A DNA stretch of 64,000 nt from Octopus vulgaris (taxonomy: Eukaryota): the NCBI GenBank assembly GCA_951406725.2, contig OX597822.1, positions 106,206,001 to 106,270,000 on the forward strand, given 5' to 3'. The notes beneath the pieces were generated by a model. That model saw only the letters and a list, made by a program, of their open reading frames with translations. It had not been told where the DNA came from and did no database searches. Positions within the stretch are counted from its first letter, which is position 1. The number at the start of each line of letters is the position of its first letter. Shown piece by piece: positions 13,579-26,266 of this stretch. A program made the position numbers and the translations under genes.

Positions 13579-13884
13579 TATGCATGTATATATATATATA
13601 TACATATAATGCTTATCTATATGTATGTGTTTGTGTATGTATACGTATATCATCGGCATGAATTCATTGTAATACTTAAACTAATGGTTTGGTTACATAA
13701 AATTGCACTTATCAACTTTATTGCTCTTGAACATAATATCTTTGTAAGAATTGGCTGTGGCGTTCGGGCGCAAGTTAAAATCTATTACAGTATTAGTTAA
13801 GTTCAAAGCTCAAATCGCTTTGAGATTAACTTTACCTCCCTTCCATCCAATGTCCAATAAAGTAATTCATGAGTTAAGCTTCGA

Positions 13885-14200
13885 ACGAAGGCTGCGAACC
13901 GACAACACGCCAGACAAAATGCTTAGCGGTATATCATCCATCTTTACGTTCTGAGTTCAGTTTCCCCTCAGGTCGACTAAATCCTCCTAGCAAAATATGT
14001 AGCCTTGTGTATACATTGAAAGTTTTTATAGGACGATGGGTTGGTAGACTTGATAAAATGTCAGAGAAAATATCTTACTGTATTTCTTTTTGGCTCTTTA
14101 CGTACTGAATTTAAAACCAGCAGTGATCGATTTTACTTTTCGTCCCTCCTGGATCGATAATATAAAATACCAGTCACGTGCGGGGCTCGTTATAAATGAC
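13885..14200 (+). mobile_element. Two decayed SINE family C fragments
   Basis: AAATGCTTAGCGGTAT...CGTTCTGAGTTCAG and a weaker second copy from about 14035. Confidence 0.6.
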
Positions 14201-14646
14201 TAACGATGTGTCATCATACGTTATGTTAGTATGATGCCCGAGTACCAAGTTGAGATACGATTATTGATGCGTAACACCCTATATCATCACCAACACACAC
14301 ATGCACACGCCAAAACATTCTCTCATTCACCTATAAGCAGACCATATTAAAATGTATTAATTCCGAGGTGCAAGAAGCCGGGACAATGATTTCTGACTTG
14401 AGCACCAGAAAACCAGATTCGAAGGAATAATATAAGTCGGAGCACCACTGACCCTAGCATTTAACTGGTTGTTTATTTTATTAATATCGAAAAGCTGACC
14501 TTGGCTAGATTTGAACACAGATTGTAGAGAAGCGAAACAATAACAAATTAGTTGCCTAACGCTGTAGCAGTTGTGTTCATAGACTACCTTTCATGATAAC
14601 TATACGAGAAATATAACCTAAATAATTTTACTCATGTGTATTTATG

Positions 14647-14721
<75 letters not shown>

Positions 14722-14999
14722 GTATATATATTTATAACAAAAAGGGTTTTGCAACACGTTGCTTGACGAGATACCGAAAATTTTAGAAATAGCTGCCAAA
14801 GGACTACTATTTCCTTTTTCTACAAAAATATGTCTCCACAGACAACAATATTTGTAACTCACACAAATATATATAAAAAATATATATAAAAAAACAATTT
14901 ATATAAGTTTTTACCGAATATGGTCCTTTTCCATACCGAAAACATACTCGGTGAAATTTGTTGATTTTATTAAATTAATTATCTTTCTCCCTATATCTG

Positions 15000-15039
<40 letters not shown>

Positions 15040-15040
<1 letters not shown>

Positions 15041-15256
15041 GGGAAGGTTTACGAAAATAAACAAAAGACGAAGGCAGGTGGAGTACAAACAAACAAATGT
15101 ATTAGTATGGCGCTCAGGGATAGAAATAGAACAAGTCTTTTACGTTTCGAGCCTACGCTCTTCGACAGAAAGATACACAGAAAAGAAACAAGGAGAGAGA
15201 GAAAAATGTGTGTAGGAGCTAACGGTCCATTATGGCGTTCTGACTTCAGGCAGAAA
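15040..15256 (-). mobile_element. Short Penelope-like terminal-repeat remnant with minimal hammerhead motif (15136-15173)
   Basis: Minus strand TCTTT-CTGTCGA-A-GAGC(gtag)GCTC-GAAA-CGTA-AAAGA; sits in (TA)n; sister copy at 18033. Confidence 0.7.
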
Positions 15257-15277
15257 TATATATATATATATCAAGAA

Positions 15278-15718
15278 ATTATTGGCTTGAAATTTTTGGC
15301 AAAAAGTCAGCAATTTCGATCAGATCGCATCCAGTGCTCAACTAGTACTTATTTTATCGACCCTAAAAGAAAGAAAGACGAAGTCGACCTTGGCGGAATT
15401 TGAACTCAGAACGTAAAGAAAGGCGAAATGCTGCAAAGCTTTTAGCCCGGCGTGCTAATGATTCTGCCAGCTCACTGCTTTATTTAATACATTTGTAATT
15501 GGTTTCAAATTTTCGGCACAAGACCAGCAATTTCGAGATAGGAGAGGTTAAGTTGATTATATCGACCGCAGTGCTCAACTGGTACTTGTTTTATCGATCC
15601 CGAAAAGAATGAAAGGCAAAGTCGACCTCAGTGGAACCTGAACTCAGAACGTAAAGATGGACGAAACACTGCTAAGCATTTTTTGTCTGGCGTGTTATCG
15701 GTTCTGCCAGCTCGCAGT
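15278..15718 (-). mobile_element. Two tandem SINE family C copies (15278-15481, 15497-15718)
   Basis: Both contain GAACTCAGAACGTAAAGA and TTCTGCCAGCTC. Confidence 0.85.
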
Positions 15719-15984
15719 CATCGTTCATATATTCATATTAAGATGTTAAAATCTATGAAATGTAAATGTTGATGCCTAGAACTTGAATTCTTTTTTTTGT
15801 TGTTGTTATTCTGCTAATATTTGTTATGTGCGTTTTCATCTTGATGTCTGTACGTTTTATCTAATATCATTATGCATGTATTCAAACTCAGAACGTCACA
15901 ACAGTGATATCAATGTATTTTCATGTAAATAACTCGGTAATATGTTACAAAATTCAGATGGGATTTATTTCAAGTGTGTATCTT

Positions 15985-16246
15985 TAATAAGTCGTTTGAT
16001 ATGAACCCACCTGAGACCGCCTCTGTTTCTATTATATTAAAACTGTCTGTTTTAAACTGTTGATATTTAAATTAAATTCTTCTGTCATAATTTTTATGTA
16101 AGAAAGAACATTTTGTTAAATTATGATTAATAATGAGAAACATTAATTATTTTTTCCTAAATCCCTCCCATCTTCTTTATCACTTTCAAAATTAATTAAA
16201 ACACAAACAGTGTATTTCATTAGAAATAAAGTTATAAAAGATTAAT
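15985..16246 (-). mobile_element. Decayed piggyBac-type MITE, same family as 7294
   Basis: Inverted homology (GTGTATTTCA...AGAAATA; ends AAAGATTAA). Confidence 0.5.
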
Positions 16247-17799
16247 ATTTAACTTAATTTTTATCGCCATATTCTTAAACTATTTTGTTTTGTTTTTGTT
16301 TTCATTTTTAACCAATGTTTCTTTTGATAATACATTGCTGTATAATTATTACCACAATGACTATTTTGATTTTAATCAGAAATTTGAATAATTTATATCA
16401 CATCTTGCTACTTTGAAATCACATGATTGTTTCTCTAATAACATATATGGGCATCAACTATACAGTGTCTGTGATATATCTTAACCCTTTTCTCTGAAAG
16501 GAGAGTCCCTACTTATCAATTTAACAACTAGATATTGGTCCTAATAAAGTCATCGTAATACCTTTTTGCATTCGATGTGTTTGGATGTGCTCTCTTATTG
16601 GCAGGCATCAGGAGGGAACTCGCTATAGCGAGGGATCCTGAGGTAAACACTCGAACCACAATAGATAGCAGCCAAATCTCCCTCAAATCACACTTTGCCA
16701 TAATAAAGAAAACGGTGGCAATACATTGATCATTGAAGTCGCAGATATTAAAAATATAAGGTGGAGTAGCCATGGGTAGAAGTCTTTTGATCATAAATCT
16801 CACAGATAAGACCTGAACCGGAGCTAAACAATAACAATAACAATACTTGTTTTGTTTTTTGTTTTTTGCTGCAAAGATGTTTGCCGCGAGATATTACAAT
16901 TCAGCAATTCGGTAGATTTGTAAATATAAACTGTTTTATCTCTCTTGTTCTTTGTACAATTTGATAGTACGATAATATCATTTCGAACGATTTTAAGAAT
17001 TTTCGTCATGTTTTGAAACCGTTTCAACACCGATAAGAAGAAAGAAACGTATTGGGAAATCGATTTTCGATGTATCGATACAGGCATCAAAACAGGTTTA
17101 TCACGGTCTTCTTTTTGTTTAATTATGAAGCGATCTCTTCAATTGAAATTTAAAATTACCAAGTTAAAGATTACAAGGTTCATTCCTTTAATTTAACAGA
17201 TTGGAATTAAAGTCATGTACTGGAATTGATTAACGATACTTCCTAATTCCCTCTACTATCGATTGTGTGTGTGTGTGTGTGTGTTTCGGTTTTGATATAT
17301 TAATGGCACATGTTATAAAGTAAGTGGTCTTCAACTGAAGTAGCTCAACTTTATTGTCTTGTCCTTAAACTTTATTCATTGTAGTACTTAGCTTTCATTC
17401 AAACTAACGTTGTTAGTCAAAACGTCCGTTTACATTTTGACTAACGGTAACAATACATTAGCTGTCAGCAAATGAAAAAGTACCAGTAATCTGTAAAGAA
17501 AACATCCTATTGAGTACTCGAGGTTAGTTTCTGGCGATAATTTCCAGATTTCTTAATCAGGTACACAATCTGTTCAAATACTGGGACATTACAATGAATC
17601 GATGAAATAAACTTGTCTCAGTTTGTCAGGAATATATTAGAGAAAATAAAAAAAGTAAAAATAGTTTGAAAAGAACAATTAAAAGAGAAACTACTTGTAA
17701 CAACTATAGATATGTAGTAAACATATTCGGATGAAAAACTTAAATTTTAAGGGTATTTTTATGATATTTTTTCTGAATGTTACCACATAGAAAACACAT

Positions 17800-18003
17800 A
17801 TCTCTTATTCTTTTACCTGTCTCAGTCATTTGACGGTGGCCATGCTGGTGCACCGCCTTTAGTCGAGCAAATCGACCCCAGGACTTATTCTATCGGTCTC
17901 TTTTGCCGAACCTCTAAGTTACGGTGACATAAACACACCAGCATCGGTTGTCAAACGATGTTGGGGGACAAACACAGACACACAACCATACACGCACACA
18001 CAC

Positions 18004-18005
<2 letters not shown>
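17800..18005 (-). mobile_element. SINE family B, 3' part
   Basis: CAGTCATTTGACGGTGGCCATGCTGG...CACCGCCTTTAGTCGAGCAAATCGACCCC. Confidence 0.85.
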
Positions 18006-18032
<27 letters not shown>

Positions 18033-18037
<5 letters not shown>

Positions 18038-18203
18038 AGAGTTTACGAAAAAAACAAAAGACGAAGACAGGTGGTGTACAAAACAAACAGATGTATTAGT
18101 ATAACGCTCAGGAATAGAAAAACTCTTTTAGGTTTCGAGCCTACGCTCTTCTACAGAAAGGGACACAGAAAAAACAAGGAGAGAAACAAAGAGAGAAAAA
18201 AAG
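18033..18203 (-). mobile_element. Penelope-like remnant with minimal hammerhead motif (18124-18161)
   Basis: Homologous to 15040-15256; minus strand CTTT-CTGTAGA-A-GAGC(gtag)GCTC-GAAA-CCTA-AAAG. Confidence 0.65.
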
Positions 18204-18248
<45 letters not shown>

Positions 18249-18694
18249 TATATTGAGGGTACTACTATTCGTAGATACCAACACGCTAAGAGGGACCAAT
18301 GCGGTCAAAACTACTAAAAATAAACAAAATTTTACCGAATGCAAAACTTCAAAACACATCATTTTAAAAAAGAATTCAGTTACATATCACATGTGATTTC
18401 GCATTTAATGCAGAATATGCATTTCATGTTCGTCAGTGCAACAAACTCAAGAAATATAAGAAAAAACATAACATTACAAACTCGATAGCCAACCGTAGAA
18501 TTCGTCGTAGCTTGTACGAATGTTTATCCTTACATATCTATGAAAATGGCGGGCTTTTTCGCAATGCATTTCGGTAACAAATTGCCTAGTCGGAATAAAA
18601 ATTCAGTATTGAACTATTCCGGTGAAAAATATAAATTAACAATTGAGGATAAATCTTTAAAAGAAAATTTTCAGTAGTCAGCGTGAAAAACCTG

Positions 18695-18728
18695 TTGGGG
18701 GACAAACACAGACACACAACCATACACG

Positions 18729-18803
<75 letters not shown>

Positions 18804-18929
18804 GACGGGCCTCTTTCAGTTTCCGTCTACCAAATCCACTCACAAGTCTTTGGTCAGCCCGAGGCTATAGTCGAAGACACCCAGGACAATGTGGTTAGTA
18901 AGCAAGCTACTTACCACACAGCCACTCCC
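18695..18929 (-). mobile_element. SINE family B, 5' part with internal deletion
   Basis: TTTCAGTTTCCGTCTACCAAATCCACTCACAAG...CTACTTACCACACAGCCACTCC. Confidence 0.85.
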
Positions 18930-19218
18930 TAGACAGTTAAAAAATATTTGTTGTAGTAACTTTGGCCTCGTCTCTAGAACAATATCACTGAGTTTGTAGC
19001 AATTAGCGCAGGGAAAATTTTGATACGAAGTGACTCATGATTAAGTGAAGTTAACAGTTTTTGTGTTTTTGAATGGCTGATGTGTGATTTCCACGTTGAA
19101 TTGGTTTAGTTTCAAGACACGGTGTTAGATCAAAGCTTTCCCAGACAAATGCATCTCCGAAACTTAAAATGTAAACTTTTACAATATATTACGGTAAAAT
19201 ATTTCTGCAGAAATATTG

Positions 19219-19416
19219 GTTTCAAATGTTGGCACAAGTCCAGCAATTTTGGCGTTGGTGCAAGTCGATTACATCGGTCCTGGTGCTCAACAGGTACTTA
19301 TTTTATCGACTGCGAAAGTATGAAAGCAAAAGCAACCTTGAGGAAATTTGAACTCGGAACATAAAGTCCGCTAAGCATTTTGCCTGACGTGCTAACGATT
19401 CTGTCAACTCGCCGCC
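19219..19416 (-). mobile_element. SINE family C with likely target-site duplication
   Basis: Family C homology; CTGCAGAAATATTG at 19205-19218 and 19425-19438. Confidence 0.8.
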
Positions 19417-21764
19417 CTCTGTTACTGCAGAAATATTGACAGCTTATTTTTTATTTAATGCCATTTATAAAGTTTATTTTTGTGTTTGTTTTGCAAGACT
19501 GTGGGTATGAAATCATTTGTTGAAACTTATATTGTTGTATTTTGGAAGGGTCATACTACCGATAAACATACATGCACTGGTTATGTTTCACTTTAGTTTC
19601 ATTATCAATCAGTTAGACAATCTGTTGATCAAAAAGAAGAATTACAAAAACTCGCGTGAGATGAACAGTAAACATGCATGGGGTACTTTTGAGACACAAA
19701 GTCATTGATAAAGGTAGAAGCTATGACTAAAGAACCCTGAAGATTAACTATCTCATTGGTTGATAATAAAGAAACTGAAGTGAGAAAATCTCCAATGCGT
19801 GTGCTTTTATTGGCAGTATGATTCTACCAAAATATAACAACATTATTTGTGAATAAAAACAATTCGGATAGAGTATTTTCTTTACTCTCTAATACTATCC
19901 GAAATTCCCTTAAAAGAACGGATTTGGAAACTACTTGTTGTGTCGGTGTACATTTTTAATGGATTTTCCCTCCATATTGGAGAATCTAGGAGATATTTAT
20001 CACCAGCTGCACATGATATTGTGATATCCTTAAATCTTACATAATTTCCAAACAGAGCCGGTAAACATCATTTTTTTTTTAATATCTTTTATCTACACGA
20101 CATTAAAGCCGTGTAATATATGTTCATTTCTCTAATAATTTTTGAAACATTGCATTATCTTATTGAAGTCATTATCTCAATAGATATCTATCAGAATTAA
20201 TGGCGGCTCGGGTCATTTACATATGATCTAAAGTCCATTACTTATTAAATGTCTACTAAAATGAGGAATGCAATAAAATTAATCATTTTTAAGTGACAAC
20301 CACAAATCAATTTCATATCAGGATTATGTGGGCAGATCGAAGATTTTTGTTTGTTCGGTTTTTGTACTGTTCTTTCATTTCATGTTTCTTGAAAATGCTC
20401 TCTCTAAATGTCATAAGAACAGGAAAGGTAATGGTGTATGTACCCATCAAAATAGGGAAGAACACATTTTAGGAAAACCATATTGTTAAGTATAAGGAAT
20501 TAAAAATAATCGAGTTTACGTCACCTCGTATAATAAACACGTTATAATTATTTTTGTCTTTTCCTACTTTCCACGAAAGATTTTTCAGATTATGCAAAAG
20601 ATATGGTTCTTATCATAGATCTAGATAGCTTAAATTCAGACGTATTAAAATATTGTCTATTCTTAATTCCTTTTAATTCTCGTGTTCTCTGTGTTACTAT
20701 GCCACTGTGAAAATAAATGTCTATTTTTGTATAACCTCTGCTGTGAATATATTTCCAAAGAACATTTTTACAACGGATTTTAGATGTTTAAAGAACATGG
20801 TGGGATTATTGTCATTAGAGAAAATAAGATGGTGCTTTTTTTTCGTTATTTGTTTTGTTTTGGTTTGGGGGGTGATTTTTTCTGTTGTTCTTGGTGATAA
20901 TGGTTTGTTGTTTGAACTGAGATCATCATAGAAAGATACTCCAGCCTTGATCATCACGTCCTTCCAGGAATACTTCATCCGATATTTCCTTTTAACGACC
21001 TGTAAAAGAGCATACCGTAGCAGGCATTATTATTTAGAGCAACACATTTATAAACTGATCTTAGACAAAATATTTAATTCCTACTTCAAAACTAATACAC
21101 ATAATTTGCATTACTGACAAACAAAGCAGCCATATTAACCAAGTATATAAAACATCGCTTTCATCAAATGATGGGGTTAAACTGGATGGTGATGGTCATT
21201 AGGAAATATGAACTCCCCTCTTTTCAGCTTAAATCTATTTATTTTGTAAGTCACTTAAACTATTTGACTTTTGCTTTCTCACTCAGACTAAATGAAATAT
21301 TTCAATAAATTGAGAATATTTTCTGTAAGACATTGAATGAATCAAAGTTTAAATTATAAACTAAACTCATGCCAGTGACTCACTTGAGTTATTTCCCTTA
21401 GACATAGTATATTTTAATTATAGAAATTACTATTAGCCAATGTTTGTAATACAGTGTTTGTAATAATACGTGTCTTATAAGGATAAAAAAACAATCAAAC
21501 ATTTATCGACTAATCAAGTTGGTTGCAGTCTTACAATGATTAGCAAAATCAGTTCGACAAGACTGAAATATGTTCGTAGCTTTATTTCTGACAAATACCA
21601 CAGCCGCTAAATTCCTTTTGAGAAATTAACAATTAATTTTTTTCAGTTCTTTTCCTTTTTAGAGAGAGAGAGGGGGGGAGAGTCTCTAAATATTACCTAC
21701 GTTTTCGCTTTCTTTCTCCAACACAAAGAAAAATTCCAGTTAATTGAGAATGTTTCTTGAACTA

Positions 21765-22408
21765 CAGTAATCCCTCGCTATATCGCGGTTCACCTATCGC
21801 GGTTTATTATCTAAGCTTACGCCGATTCCTCTCTCTTTACTCTTTTACTCTTTTACTTGTTTCAGTCATTTGACTGCGGCCATGCTGGAGCACCGCCTTT
21901 AGTCGAGCAAATCGACCCCGGGACTTATTCTTTGTAAGCTCAGTACTTATTCTATCGGTCTCTTTTGCCGAACCGCTAAGTAACGGGGACGTAAACACAC
22001 CAGCATCGGTTGTCAAGCAATGCTGGGGGGACAAACACAGACGCACAAACACACACATACATATACATATATATACATATATACGACAGGCTTCTTTCAG
22101 TTTCCGTCTACCAAATCCACTCACAAGGCTTTGGTCGGCCCGAGGCTATAGTAGAAGACACTTACCCAAGGTGCCACGCAGTGGGACTGAACCCGGAACC
22201 ATGCGGTTGGTAAACAAGCTACTTACCACACAGCCACTCCTGCGCTATGTCACTCCGTGTTGTTTTGCATTTATCATAAAATAAATATATACAAATTATA
22301 AAAATAATTTTTTTTAAATATACAGTTCAGTACTGTTTCTATTTCGCGGATTTTCTCTTATCGCGGGTGGGTTGGAACGTAACACCCACGATATTCGAGG
22401 GATTATTG
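21765..22408. mobile_element. Tigger/pogo-type MITE interrupted by a SINE
   Basis: TA-CAGTAATCCCTCGCTATATCGCGG ... CCACGATATTCGAGGGATTATTG-TA terminal inverted repeats with TA flanks. Confidence 0.8.
21833..22245 (-). mobile_element. Full-length SINE family B (tRNA head, internal microsatellite, CR1-type tail) nested in the MITE
   Basis: Minus strand head GCGCAGGAGTGGCTGTGTGGTAAG...GGGTTCAGTCCC; tail repeats AAAAGAGT. Confidence 0.92.
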
Positions 22409-22424
22409 TACATCATCTCTTGTC

Positions 22425-22745
22425 AGCATAGTATGGCCGAATGGTTAAGGCACTCGCTCCGCAAACGCGATGTCACGGTTTCGGTCCGATTGTGTGATAT
22501 CTTGGACAAATGTTACTTTCTACAACCTTCAGTCGACTCATACCTCGTGAGGGAAGTTGGGTGAATTGTACCAGAAATTCAACAGGTACAGCTTTGTCAC
22601 CCACTGTGTCATTGAATCTTTCAGGACATTACGTTATGAGTACACGAGTCTGTGGAATACTCAACTACTTACAAGTTAATTCAGGAGAAAGTTATTCAAT
22701 TGATCGAACCACTGGATACTAGTCGTCGAGCGACGGAGATCCGTC
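22425..22745 (+). mobile_element. Decayed tRNA-derived SINE family D
   Basis: TGGCCGAATGGTTAAGG A box; 3' half homologous to the inverted copy at 34662-34960. Confidence 0.65.
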
Positions 22746-23748
22746 ATCGTATGACCCTTTAAATGATGCATCTAAATTCGTGGTGTGGCTCCCTTTGATT
22801 ACTTCCCTTAACTCGTTTGTATTTTAATTGGCAACAATATGTTTAGTCTCCCAATAAAACAAACTTGATGAAAAAGATAAAGTATGCATATTCAAGGCGG
22901 TGCCCAGCATAACCGCAGTCCAATGACTGAAACAAGTAAAGGACGGAAGATATTCATTTTGTATGCCGAACACACCAAGTTTAACGCCACCATCTGGTCC
23001 TTGCAGAGCCTTTAAGAGAGTACCATCTGTCAATAACATTCTGTAGAAACTTTCAATTCACTCCTTGTTCACGTTTTCCTTACACAAATTTACCTGCAGA
23101 TTTTGAATTGGATATTGCCCTTATCCCAGACTTTTCAGATTTGTGATAAAGATTATAAAATAATCCAAAAGTTCTCGCAATGATGAATGGTACTACTCAC
23201 TTCTCACCTAAGTTAGGGAAAAGGACTTTAAGCTACAATAAATCTTTTATCACTAAAATAGAAAGAAAATTTGAGAATCGAGGGGACAACTACACATTCT
23301 CTTGACAGGCTAGAATTAATAATTATTCCTTTTATTTAATTAATACTATGATGTCTCAGATAGAAAAAACATATTGGACAGTACAGTTAGTCCTTCACGT
23401 ACAAAACGATAAATAGTCACGGATGGAAATCTTTTGATTCAGGCTCTCTGCTCTGCCTGAACTAGTGTGAGGCTAAATGAATACAACACAATAAAAATAA
23501 TCTCTATTGTAACAAGTAAATGTTGAGGCATTTCATATGGCAACTGGTGACCTAAAGCGCCGTGGGTTAAAAGGTTCAAATTAAACTTGTTGTCGATGAC
23601 GAAACTGACAAAGGAGTGTTGGTAATTTCGATAAAGAAGAAATGATGCAATACAATTCGCTCTGTCAAAACTTGGCTTTTCGTTCCGTTTTCCCACCCAG
23701 CTAAGCTTTAACGCTTTCACTAATATGCATTTCCGAAAAGTATACGTC

Positions 23749-23816
<68 letters not shown>

Positions 23817-23844
23817 CATATATATATACATACGTATGTGTGTC

Positions 23845-23904
<60 letters not shown>

Positions 23905-23914
23905 CATATTCTTT

Positions 23915-24140
23915 TATTCTTTTACTTGTTTCATTGTTTCAGTCATTTGACTGCGGTCATGCTGGAGCACCGCCTTTAGTCGAGCAAATCGACCCCAGGG
24001 CTTATTCTTTGTAAGCCTAGTAATTATTCTATCGGTCTCTTTTCCAGAACAGCTAAGTTACTGGGACGTAAACACACCAGCATCGGTTGTCAAGCGACGT
24101 TGGGAGGGACAAACACACACAAAAACATATACACACACAC
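23915..24140 (-). mobile_element. SINE family B, 3' part
   Basis: Homology to 21833-22060. Confidence 0.88.
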
Positions 24141-24202
24141 GCATACAGGTATATAGGTGCAAGCTGGAAAAATAGAATATGTATATGTATATTTGTATTA
24201 AC

Positions 24203-24305
24203 CAACAGAGTGACTCAAGGTCCAAGAGTTTCGTGCGTTGGCACTTATCAAAGAGTTTTATGAGTACCAACGCATGAAACTCTCGGACCTTGAGTCACTC
24301 TGTTG
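24203..24305. repeat. Fold-back of two inverted degenerate type-I hammerhead motifs
   Basis: ~45-nt inverted arms; + strand AGAGT-tttatga-GTAC(caac)GCAT-GAA-ACTC(tcggacctt)GAGT-C-ACTCT. Confidence 0.7.
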
Positions 24306-24315
24306 CTTCTGGTAA

Positions 24316-24357
<42 letters not shown>

Positions 24358-24416
24358 TTGAAAGAATTAGTATAGATGGCTTTTTTTGAGGGGAGAATTT
24401 TTATTCTTATGCATGA

Positions 24417-25487
24417 TTTACACTTGACAGATATTTCTCCTCATCAGCTGATATACCCTCTACCCTCATCAGATGTCCTGGGGAAATATCTGTTTCTTTA
24501 TTGCTCACAAGGGGCTAAACATAGGGGGGACAAACAAGGACAGACAAAGGGATTAAGTCGATTACATCGACCCCAGTGCGTAACTGGTACTTAATTTATC
24601 GACCCCGAAAGGATGAAAGGCAAAGTCGACCTCGGCGGAATTTGAACTCAGAACGCAACGACAGACGCAATACCGCTAAGCATTTCGCCCGGTGTGCTAA
24701 CGTTTCTGCCAGGGGTTCTCGTTCCTGAGGTATTATTCAGGTCACTGCTTGGAATCGAACTCGGAATCTTGGGGTTAGTAGCCCGCGCTCTTAACCACTA
24801 CGTCATATGCAATTATGTAGCGAATTTTAGGACTTATAAATCTAATATTTTTCTATCCTTCCTTAATCCTGGTTCCCATATGCTATTCATATCTGCACTC
24901 GGTCTGCTTAGGAGGTTGTTGTCTCCTAGCATATGTGCTGCTTCTTTTAGATTTCGTATTTTCTGGTGGTGTTCTCTGTCTACTATTTTAACTTCATCCC
25001 ACAGGGGGTGGTCAGCTACACCTAATTTATCAATCTTTCGTGTCACAGCTTTGCGATGTTCATCTACCCTTATTTTGAGGGGCAGCATGCTTCGATAGCA
25101 CATAAGCTAGGCCACAACAATCGCCTAAGCAGACCGAGTGCAGATATGAGTAGCATATGTGAACCGGTAGTAGGGAAGGATAGGAAAATATTAGATTTAT
25201 GAGCCCTAAAAGTCACTCCATTGTTGCCCACGGACATATGGCGTAGTGGTAAGAGTGTTGACTACTAACCCCAAGATTTCTAGTTCGATTCCAACAGTGA
25301 CTGAATAACAGTAATAATAACATAGAAAAATACCTTAGGAACGAGAACCCAAATTCTATATTTCCCCAAGACACATAATGAAGGCTGGAGGATACATCAG
25401 CCGAAAGGTTGTGTTAACAAGATGAGGACAAATATCCGTCAAATGTAAACAATGTGCATAATTCCTCATCTCTTAAATATAGAACTG
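24417..25487. mobile_element. Penelope-like retroelement fragment: GIY-YIG C-terminus plus terminal repeat on - (24417-25121), inverted terminal repeat on + (25124-25487)
   Basis: ORF 24834-25103 (PLKIRVDEHRKA...WDEVKIVDRE...IRNLKEAAHM) and upstream CGLAY match Penelope GIY-YIG endonucleases. Inverted terminal repeats are typical of the class. Both arms contain tRNA-like and hammerhead motifs. Confidence 0.85.
24490..24712 (-). mobile_element. SINE family C inserted into the Penelope left arm
   Basis: Close match to 27092-27322; Penelope sequence resumes on both sides. Confidence 0.9.
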
Positions 25488-26223
25488 TTTTATTCTAATC
25501 TAAATAATAATGTTTACAGCGAGTTACTCTGATATGAGTTTCGAACTTCAAGTAGCCGGTTTCAAAATGAAAAAGATGAACGTTTCACTGGTTATTTAAA
25601 TAACAAAAATATTTTTTCGTTCAAGTATACAAGCAAAAAAATGTATGTATATTTTTTGTATATTTTTTTGTATGTGTACTTGTAAGAAAAAATCCTTTGC
25701 TATTTAAGCAACCAGTAAAACACATTTTTTTCAGTTTGAAAACGGCTACGTGAAGCTTGAATCTCTTATCAGAGTAACTCACTGTAAACATTATCATCAA
25801 AATAAAAATAAAAATTATCCCCTCAAAAAAATCCATCTCTATTCATTCTTTCAAATATATATGATATTGTTCTAAAAAGTTTCCCTCTATTATTCTACTA
25901 TACATGTACATACATAGGCGTTCAGGAGAATATACTGGCATTGATGTAGCAACATTTGAAATATTGTCCAGGTAAATCTAGCTGAAGAAGACTAATCAAA
26001 TTTACCATAACAAACGTATTTGAAGAGTCCGAAACCTAGCTATTAGATTATACGATTCTAGGTTGTCCATTGATCTAATGTCCTTCCTAGAAGTAGGACG
26101 AATTGTTTCATGTTCGCTGCCCTCACACGTCCTTATCAGTATATACACGCTGAATATTTACTATAGCGTCGCAAATTTATCGACTGCTATTTCCAGTAAA
26201 CATTGGTGCTTTGTTGTACTACT

Positions 26224-26263
<40 letters not shown>

Positions 26264-26266
<3 letters not shown>

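Noticed and set aside
14908-14958. Hammerhead-like remnants here and at about 26868-26900 and 30308-30345
   Set aside because: Core or stem II missing; cannot be supported individually.
21837-22213. Recurrent ORFs such as MSGFGRRKLKEA and RLPNPLTRLW
   Set aside because: Translations of SINE family B copies.
22976-23040. Minus-strand exon candidate MLLTDGTLLKALQGPDGGVKL
   Set aside because: Weak donor, phase incompatible with the 20999 candidate, and the ORF runs into a SINE tail.
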